Made by a program: the position numbers and the translations under genes. A stretch of 32,000 nt of DNA, taken from the NCBI RefSeq assembly GCF_900289195.1, contig NZ_OMOH01000005.1, forward strand, positions 180,001 through 212,000, in the 5' to 3' direction. The notes beneath the pieces are model-generated. The model worked only from the letters and a program-made list of their open reading frames with translations, made no database searches and was not told where the DNA came from. This DNA is from Propionibacterium ruminifibrarum. GTDB taxonomy: Bacteria; Actinomycetota; Actinomycetes; Propionibacteriales; Propionibacteriaceae. Below are positions 19,101-24,253 of the stretch, piece by piece (positions within the stretch are counted from its first letter, which is position 1; every line of letters starts with the position of its first letter).

Positions 19101-19515
19101 GCTCATCACCCGGTTGGAGAACGACCGGGACAAGTTCGTGGTGATCTTCGCCGGTTACACCAAGGAGATGGAGCGCTTCCTCGACGCCAACGAGGGCCTG
19201 CGTTCCCGTGTTCCCCGGATGATCGAGTTCCCCGACTACAGCCCCGACGAGATCGGTGACATGGTCGTGGCGCGGCTGTCGCGGTCGTGGACGATCGACC
19301 GGGCGGCTGTCCACGACATCGCGGCCAGGTCATACGCGGGCCTGCCGGCCCAGGACCGCTCCAACGGCCGGTGGGCGCGCACCTTCGCAGACGCCGTCGT
19401 CACACGGCACAAGAGATGGATCGTGAAGAACCAGCCGACGGGCGAGGCGGTGCTGGCCATCGACACCGAGATGGTGAGATCACTCGCCCAGGAGATGGGA
19501 GCAGATCCGCGCTGA
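16132..19515 (+). CDS. large cytoplasmic fusion protein: duplicated beta-helix-like N-terminal modules + two CbbX/SpoVK/EccA-class AAA+ ATPase domains
   Basis: Single uninterrupted 1127-aa ORF with an ATG start. Residues 1-273 and 274-~545 are paralogous (details in findings). An acidic/Pro linker sits at ~17755-17875. AAA+ module 1 has Walker A GNPGTGKTT (18016-18042) and Walker B VLFIDEAY (18193-18216). Module 2 has GRPGTGKTT (18850-18876) and VLFIDEAY (19027-19050). Both have the FAGY and GLxSRVP motifs. No signal peptide or TM segment. Confidence 0.85.
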   Translation: MSRIRVGSGGMFGYSFAQAVAASKRGDELVLAEGVYTLGESIELRDLRLTGTGDPSRTVIDSRVDVTGRAVLTNLTIRAAAFNNALKVMPGCRVEMRGVMLIGDPAEKYPALYVDAGEVILAGCRMVQGPTWVSSVFTADSRLVAQSSELGWLELTGTRAEFHGCAVATVQVLKRSAVRSTGWLICTPAPGKRLLAVGGESVVQIDGLALRGAADPLEISCEESLLGIGAVDLDEGQRPYILRKGAGRVQVPDGVFEVVDEDEQKEAAPPALLMELHWSVSDAHRFTDVILPRAASGATITMDAGEYFLDGLKEETACFDCTLVGVSPERTVIHGTLTPNGSGELRLRDLTVRTATGRNCVVAKSGSVALSNVVLEQLGEPMSYPALSATDVVVTMEDSRVAAAPGSTIEGIVELCGTARLEASRSDLGWFYANDQSVLVADDCSAYGLFLSGSPTIRSTGVFAIRGNTCQTRGLVLNPGTRASFEKIQIGGGAHEGYAEDAVLEVRELRHGEGGSFSLCVAGENTLSVPGEPWYVIETARAGASTGEQREPEAAPGPDDRAADEAPRADEEAPESGVDDPMAEIMLLTGLEGVKEQIASFLNVVKFNELRRRQGLKTSGTTMHSLFLGNPGTGKTTVARLLGKALYQAGAVAKDVFVEVGRRDLVSENIGGSAIRTGKVLERARGGVLFIDEAYSLYQKEHNQFAQEAVDTILSFMENERDEIVVIFAGYDEPMQDFLRMNPGLASRVPNTFTFEDYTPDEIATIGVEALHGDDYRIADEDLYRRIASQQYERSISGGNGRWVRNFNEALIMKTAERVLREAEQGRVDGADPGLITTDDLYELAGGDEDQRQDAVNTLLSQLDDLVGLAPVKAWVHELIDEARANKLLAEQGLAVEHPTYHMVFAGRPGTGKTTVASIIAQLFHNLGLLERPTVHEVDRSDLVGAYFGHTEEKTTRAVDNAMGGVLFIDEAYQLYGASENDFGRMAIETLITRLENDRDKFVVIFAGYTKEMERFLDANEGLRSRVPRMIEFPDYSPDEIGDMVVARLSRSWTIDRAAVHDIAARSYAGLPAQDRSNGRWARTFADAVVTRHKRWIVKNQPTGEAVLAIDTEMVRSLAQEMGADPR

Positions 19516-19615
19516 GGGCGGTGCCGCCCGGTTGGGTCCCCCTCCGCGTTCGGCCGCAGGTGCCCGGCGGCGCCGGCTGGGGTGCGGGGGCCGGCGAACG
19601 GTAATCTGGGTGGAC

Positions 19616-20689
19616 GTGGCACTCACCATCGGAATCGTCGGCCTGCCCAACGCCGGAAAATCGACCCTGTTCAACGCGCTGACCCGCAACGACGTGCTCG
19701 CGGCGAACTACCCGTTCGCGACGATCGAACCCAACGTCGGCGTGGTCGGGGTGCCCGAGCCCCGCCTCGAGGTGCTGGGGAGGATGTTCAACTCCCAGCG
19801 CCTCGTGCCCGCCACGGTGAGCTTCGTCGACATCGCCGGCATCGTCAAGGGCGCCAGCCAGGGTGAGGGCATGGGCAACGCCTTCCTCGCCAACATCCGC
19901 GAGGCCGACGCCATCTGCCAGGTCACCCGCATGTTCAACGACGCCGACGTCTCGCACGTCGCGGGTTCGATCGACCCGGCATCCGATCTGGAGACGATCA
20001 CCACCGAGCTGGTGCTCGCCGACCTGCAGACCCTGGAGAAGGCGCTGCCCAAGGTCGAGAAGGAGGCGGCGATCAAGAAGGAGGCGCGCCCCCGGGCGGC
20101 CGCCTACCGCGAGGCCTACGAGACGCTCAGCAAGGGCGTCGGCGTCTTCCAGGCCGGCCTGGATCCCGAGCCGCTGCGCGACCTGTGGCTGCTCACCGCC
20201 AAACCGTACATCTACGTCTTCAACTGCGACCAGGACGAGCTGGCCGACGAGGAGCTGAAGGCCCGCACCCGCGAACTCGTTGCCCCGGCCGAGGCCATCT
20301 TCCTCGACGCCAAGTTCGAGGCCGAGCTGGTCGAGATGGAGCCGGACGAGGCCCGCGAGTTCCTCACCGAGATGGGCGTCGACGAGCCCGGCCTCGACAA
20401 GCTGGCCCGGGTGGGCTACGACACCCTCGGCCTGCAGAGCTTCCTCACCGCCGGCGAGAAGGAGGCCCGCGCCTGGACGATCCGCAAGGGCTGGACCGCC
20501 CCGCAGGCCGCCGGCGTCATCCACACCGATTTCGAGAAGGGCTTCATCAAGGCCGAGGTCGTCTCCTACGACGACCTGGTCGAGTACGGCTCGAAGAAGG
20601 AGTGCCAGGCGGCCGGGAAGGTGCGGCTCGAGGGCAAGGACTACGTCATGGCCGACGGGGACGTCGTCGAATTCCGGTTCAACGTGTGA
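19616..20689 (+). CDS. ychF: redox-regulated ATPase YchF
   Basis: GTG at 19616 gives (M)ALTIGIVGLPNAGKSTLFNALT, the canonical YchF N-terminus. Also DIAGIVKGAS and a C-terminal TGS-like end ...DGDVVEFRFNV. 357 aa. Confidence 0.95.
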   Translation: MALTIGIVGLPNAGKSTLFNALTRNDVLAANYPFATIEPNVGVVGVPEPRLEVLGRMFNSQRLVPATVSFVDIAGIVKGASQGEGMGNAFLANIREADAICQVTRMFNDADVSHVAGSIDPASDLETITTELVLADLQTLEKALPKVEKEAAIKKEARPRAAAYREAYETLSKGVGVFQAGLDPEPLRDLWLLTAKPYIYVFNCDQDELADEELKARTRELVAPAEAIFLDAKFEAELVEMEPDEAREFLTEMGVDEPGLDKLARVGYDTLGLQSFLTAGEKEARAWTIRKGWTAPQAAGVIHTDFEKGFIKAEVVSYDDLVEYGSKKECQAAGKVRLEGKDYVMADGDVVEFRFNV

Positions 20690-20691
20690 CG

Positions 20692-20745
20692 TCATTGACG
20701 CCTTCGGCATCACGCGGCACGAACTCGCCGTGTCCCCCCGGCCAT
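20692..20745 (+). pseudogene. relic fragment of a higA-like antitoxin gene (HTH region only)
   Basis: GTCATTGACGCCTTCGGCATCACGCGGCACGAACTCGCCGTGTC aligns with intact higA at 21817-21860 (TTCATCAATGCCTTCGGCATCACGCAACACAAGCTCGCAGTGTC), about 35 of 44 nt by eye. It encodes VIDAFGITRHELAV versus FINAFGITQHKLAV. There is no start codon, and homology ends after ~50 nt. Confidence 0.55.
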
Positions 20746-20777
20746 GGCCGCGGGTCGCGGCGGGAGGACTGGCGGAG

Positions 20778-21200
20778 TCACGCTACCTCCCACGGGCTGA
20801 CGACCGCTATGCCCAGCGCCGCGAAGTCCTTGGTGTTGCGCGTGACCACGGTCAGGCCGTTGACCGCCGCGGTGGCTGCGATGAGTGCGTCGCGCTCTGG
20901 CCGCGGGTCCGGGACGTGCTGACGTGCGGCCCGGCGGGCCGCGGCGAGATCGATGGGGAGGATCCGGCCGGTGAAGGCGTCGAGGAGCTGCCCGTCCAAC
21001 CATGACTGGAGCCGCTGCGCCTGGGCGTGATCCCGCCTGTCCAGCCTGGCTATGCCCAGTTCCACCTCAAGGATTGTGATCACCGACAGGTACATGTCCG
21101 ACGGCCTTCGTGAAGCCACCCATGAGCGCACTCGGGGGTCGGCTCTGCGCACGGGCTTGCGGAGCTCGCTGACCACATTGGTGTCCAGGAGAAAGCTCAT
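20778..21200 (-). CDS. vapC: type II toxin VapC (PIN-domain ribonuclease, FitB-like)
   Basis: MSFLLDTNVVSELRKP... is a PIN N-terminal acidic motif. 140 aa. The ATG overlaps the upstream antitoxin stop (ATGA at 21197-21200). Confidence 0.9.
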   Translation of the reverse strand: MSFLLDTNVVSELRKPVRRADPRVRSWVASRRPSDMYLSVITILEVELGIARLDRRDHAQAQRLQSWLDGQLLDAFTGRILPIDLAAARRAARQHVPDPRPERDALIAATAAVNGLTVVTRNTKDFAALGIAVVSPWEVA

Positions 21201-21436
21201 AACTCTGGAACCCTCAGGCCGATGGATGCCGGCTCGAACTCGACATCGACGTCGTCATCCATGCTCAGCCTGTCGACCAGTGAGGCGCCCGTCTCCCCGA
21301 GCCTGCGGTAGTCGTCAATGGTCAGCAGGACGTACGCCGGTTCGCCGCGGTCGGTGATGATGACCGGCCCGTCATTGGCCGCCCGTTTGGCGGCACTGAC
21401 GTCGTGGTTGAAGTCGCGGGCGGTGATCGAGGTCAT
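21197..21436 (-). CDS. type II antitoxin, Phd/YefM (prevent-host-death) family, partner of VapC
   Basis: MTSITARDFNHDVSAAKRAANDGPVIITDRGEPAYVLLTIDDYRRL is a typical Phd/YefM N-terminal domain. 79 aa, translationally coupled to vapC. Confidence 0.88.
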   Translation of the reverse strand: MTSITARDFNHDVSAAKRAANDGPVIITDRGEPAYVLLTIDDYRRLGETGASLVDRLSMDDDVDVEFEPASIGLRVPEL

Positions 21437-21484
21437 GCCGACACCTCCTGTGTAGGTACATGCCTACGGTATCTTCGGTACATG
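21437..21484. promoter_or_regulatory. candidate shared operator/promoter region between divergent antitoxin gene and higB
   Basis: Only 23 nt separate the two start codons. Inverted repeat GTAGG-N6-CCTAC lies at 21452-21467. Direct repeat GGTACATG occurs at 21455-21462 and 21477-21484. The function is inferred, not shown. Confidence 0.3.
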
Positions 21485-21759
21485 TGGCGGACAAGGGGTG
21501 GGCGCGCTGCACCCGCCGGGCCATGGAGTGGGGCATAGGATGTTGCTGCGGCGCGTGGCAGCATCGATACCTGAGGCTGCTGAAGCTCGATGCCGCTGTG
21601 TCGCTCAACTCGCTTCGAGTCCAGCCCGGGAATCATTTGGAAGCATTGAAGGGTGACCGGAAGGGTCAGCACAGTATCCGGATCAATGACCAGTGGCGGA
21701 TCTGCTTCGTGTGGACCGATGCCGGCCCCGAGAACGTGATCATTGAGGACTACCACTGA
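21460..21759 (+). CDS. higB: type II toxin HigB (RelE/ParE superfamily, plasmid-maintenance killer type)
   Basis: The C-terminal two thirds, LDAAVSLNSLRVQPGNHLEALKGDRKGQHSIRINDQWRICFVWTDAGPENVIIEDYH, is the HigB signature. The N-terminal ~35 aa are atypical (Cys/Trp-rich), so the true start or intactness is uncertain. Confidence 0.78.
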   Translation: MPTVSSVHVADKGWARCTRRAMEWGIGCCCGAWQHRYLRLLKLDAAVSLNSLRVQPGNHLEALKGDRKGQHSIRINDQWRICFVWTDAGPENVIIEDYH

Positions 21760-21767
21760 GGTGCACC

Positions 21768-22067
21768 ATGGCAGAAAAGCTCTACGCGCCGATCCATCCG
21801 GGCGAGGTCCTGATGGAGGACTTCATCAATGCCTTCGGCATCACGCAACACAAGCTCGCAGTGTCGATCGGCGTGCCCCCGCGTCGGATCAATGAGATCG
21901 TGCACGGCAAGCGGGCGATCACTGCTGACACGGCGCTGCGCCTGGGGCGTTACTTCGACGTCGAGCCGCAGTTCTGGCTCAATCTGCAGTCACGGTACGA
22001 GCTGGAGCTGGCGGAAGATCGCGCTGCCGGTGAGTTCGACGCCATCAAGCCCATCCACGCCTCATGA
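21768..22067 (+). CDS. higA: type II antitoxin HigA (HTH, Xre-like)
   Basis: HPGEVLMEDFINAFGITQHKLAVSIGVPPRRINEIVHGKRAITADTALRLGRYFDVEPQFWLNLQ is the canonical HigA-family sequence. It starts 8 nt after the higB stop, with GAGG upstream. Confidence 0.92.
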   Translation: MAEKLYAPIHPGEVLMEDFINAFGITQHKLAVSIGVPPRRINEIVHGKRAITADTALRLGRYFDVEPQFWLNLQSRYELELAEDRAAGEFDAIKPIHAS

Positions 22068-22110
22068 CGGCGGGGCCGAGCATCGACGTGGTGATCGCGG
22101 CGATGTCTAC

Positions 22111-22312
22111 GCCGGGGTGGGTGATTGCCACCTCGCAGCTGGCTGGAGTGTCGAGGTGGTCGTGTTCGGCATGACGGCGAGGCGTTGGCGCGACGGCCTC
22201 ATCGAGCACGGCTCGACGAAGGAGTGCCAGGCCGCCGGGAAGGTGCGGCTCCGAGGGCAAGGACTACGTGATGGCCGACGGGGACGTGGTGGAGTTCCGG
22301 TTCAGTGTGCGA
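22111..22312 (+). pseudogene. decayed duplicate of the ychF 3' end
   Basis: Core 22191-22309 aligns with ychF 20571-20689. By my hand count there are about 13 substitutions plus a 1-nt insertion (CTCCGAGGG vs CTCGAGGG) over ~120 nt. The insertion shifts the frame, and the stop TGA has become CGA. Weaker protein-level similarity (AGV...EVVVF vs AGVIHTDFEKGFIKAEVVSY) extends back to ~22111. Confidence 0.8.
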
Positions 22313-22327
22313 TGCCCGGGTGGACGC

Positions 22328-22419
22328 GGACAAGAAGTAGCGTATCGGCCCTCCAAAAAGTATCGTATTGAATCTCCAAAAGGTAGCGTAGAGATCAGCT
22401 AAAAAGTAGTCTTCATGCA
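22328..22419. repeat. four imperfect 23-bp AT-rich tandem repeats ending at the start codon of the DUF4143 ATPase gene
   Basis: Phased units begin at 22328, 22351, 22374 and 22397: GGACAAGAAGTAGCGTATCGGCC / CTCCAAAAAGTATCGTATTGAAT / CTCCAAAAGGTAGCGTAGAGATC / AGCTAAAAAGTAGTCTTCATGCA. Conserved core is AAAAAGTAGCGTA. This is the lowest-GC stretch in the window. Confidence 0.8.
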
Positions 22420-23672
22420 TGGAATACCTTGTCAGGACACTTGACCGCGAGTTGGATGCTCTTCTGGCCGATGCCCCTGCCGTCGCGATCGACGGACCCA
22501 AGGGTGTGGGGAAGACCGACACCGCGGCTCGCAGAGCGGGGCAGGCCTGGTTCCTCGATGACCCGGCCCAGCGAGAACTGCTTCGTGCCGACTTCGCACT
22601 TGACGCCATCGCCCCGCAGGGGGCGGTGCTGCTCGATGAGTGGCAGCAGCTGCCTCAGGTGTGGGATTCTGTGCGGCGCGCAGTGGACAGAGGGGCTGCT
22701 CCGGGAAGATTCCTTCTCACCGGGTCGGCCACGCCTGCTTCGGCATCGGGCACGCACAGCGGAGCGGGTCGCATCCTGTCGCTCCGGATGCGCCCGATGG
22801 GTCTGCACGAGCGAGGTGTGACCCGTCCAGCGGTCTCACTGGCAGCGCTTCTCACCGGTACCGCAGGAGAACTCGGGTCAACGACTGAGTTCGGCCTACG
22901 CGATTATGTCGGAGCGATCGTGTCAAGCGGCTTCCCCGGCACGCTCGGCATGTCGCCCCGAATGCGTCGTGGCTTCCTGGACTCCTACCTCTCCCGCGTC
23001 ATCGATCGTGATCTCCCGGATCAGGGCTACGAGGTTCGCCGCCCCGAGACGCTGAGACGCTGGCTCGCCGCCTACGCGGCGGCGTCATCGACGACGACCG
23101 CCTATTCACGACTCCTTGACGCCACAACCGGTGGCGACGGGGCGCAGCCGGCGAAGACAACGACCATCGCGTATCGGGATCACCTCAGCAGGCTGTGGCT
23201 GCTGGACCCCGTCCCCGCCTGGATGCCAGCGAGCAGTCCCTTCACCGCGTTGCGGCAGGCTCCCAAGCATCAGCTGGCCGATCCGGCGCTGGCGGCCCGC
23301 CTGCTGCGATTGACAGAGTCAACACTGCTTGCCCCTGAGGGCTCGGTGATGCTCGGCCACCTCTTCGAATCCCTGGTCACCCTTGGGATCCGCATCATGG
23401 CACAGGCCGCTGAGGCCACTGTCGGCCATCTGCGTACCAAGGCCGGTGAGCACGAAGTCGATCTCATCGTGGAGTCAGTGGACGGGGGAGTGCTCGGTAT
23501 CGAGGTCAAACTCGCGCCGGGGGTCCAGGACCCGGACGTGCGTCATCTCCTCTGGTTGCACGATCAGATTCCGGATCGGGTCGTGGACCTCGCCGTCATC
23601 ACCACGGGTCCAGCCGCGTACCGACGCCCCGACGGGGTCGCAGTGATCCCGCTCGCCCTGCTCGGTGCGTGA
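22419..23672 (+). CDS. AAA-type ATP-binding protein with DUF4143-like C-terminal domain
   Basis: Walker A AIDGPKGVGKTDTA, Walker B VLLDEWQ, and C-terminal HEVDLIVES...GIEVKL resembling a PD-(D/E)xK core. Many A/T-ending codons at the 5' end (gaa tac ctt gtc agg aca ctt). TAGTCT (22407-22412) sits 6 nt before the ATG, a possible leaderless arrangement. Confidence 0.85.
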   Translation: MEYLVRTLDRELDALLADAPAVAIDGPKGVGKTDTAARRAGQAWFLDDPAQRELLRADFALDAIAPQGAVLLDEWQQLPQVWDSVRRAVDRGAAPGRFLLTGSATPASASGTHSGAGRILSLRMRPMGLHERGVTRPAVSLAALLTGTAGELGSTTEFGLRDYVGAIVSSGFPGTLGMSPRMRRGFLDSYLSRVIDRDLPDQGYEVRRPETLRRWLAAYAAASSTTTAYSRLLDATTGGDGAQPAKTTTIAYRDHLSRLWLLDPVPAWMPASSPFTALRQAPKHQLADPALAARLLRLTESTLLAPEGSVMLGHLFESLVTLGIRIMAQAAEATVGHLRTKAGEHEVDLIVESVDGGVLGIEVKLAPGVQDPDVRHLLWLHDQIPDRVVDLAVITTGPAAYRRPDGVAVIPLALLGA

Positions 23673-24253
23673 CCGAGTTTCGTTCGACATCTCCACAGAC
23701 CGGCTTGACGAGGCTGTCGGGAGATTTCCCAATCTGCAAGTCATCGCTGAGGGCAGCGTCAAACGTCCTGATGTGCAACCGACCGTTGTTCCGCCGACGA
23801 TGGCCCAGTTGCTGCGCGTCCCCCCGAACAGCGCTCTGGGAGACATGTCATCGTCGCAACCGAGTGTCTGCCCACCCAAGGGCTCCGGCCCGGCTGGAGA
23901 CGGTGAGTGGGGACGGCTCCGTTGAGCAGTTCTTTCTCATGCCGAGATCCCCGACCTGTGACGTCCTCACCTCGGCCGTGGTTGAGTCCCGTAGTGGCTC
24001 ATGCCGTATTCGACCGGGCACATTGCTCGTGCTCCGCTCGTCCGGGCCCCTTCTGGACTTCCATCCGCCACACTGCTGCAACACGGTGCGATCGTCTTCT
24101 GCCCCGAGGCCATGACGACGATCCGCACTGGCCTCACAACTGTCGCGCTACCGCCCCAGCAGTCGGCTCGCCCGGGAAATGTCAGTGGCGGGCTGCAAGA
24201 TGGTTCATGGCCGGCGACACGGGCAGCGATCATGTCCCGAAGAAGGAGGGGGA

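Noticed and set aside
19400-20713. 437-aa minus-strand ORF
   Set aside because: Antisense to ychF; same shadow-ORF composition and no motifs.
21460-21570. Suspected frameshift in the atypical N-terminal third of higB
   Set aside because: Translating the other two frames by eye gave nothing closer to the HigB N-terminal consensus. The listed frame retains a VADK... segment and the ...YLRLLKLDAA helix, so it is kept as one ORF with an uncertain start.
23980-23990. tRNA T-loop-like string GGTTGAGTCCC, considered as a possible tRNA fragment or att site in the unassigned region
   Set aside because: The flanking bases cannot form a T-stem or acceptor stem, and the string lacks the C of the GGTTCGA consensus. 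It is most likely chance.
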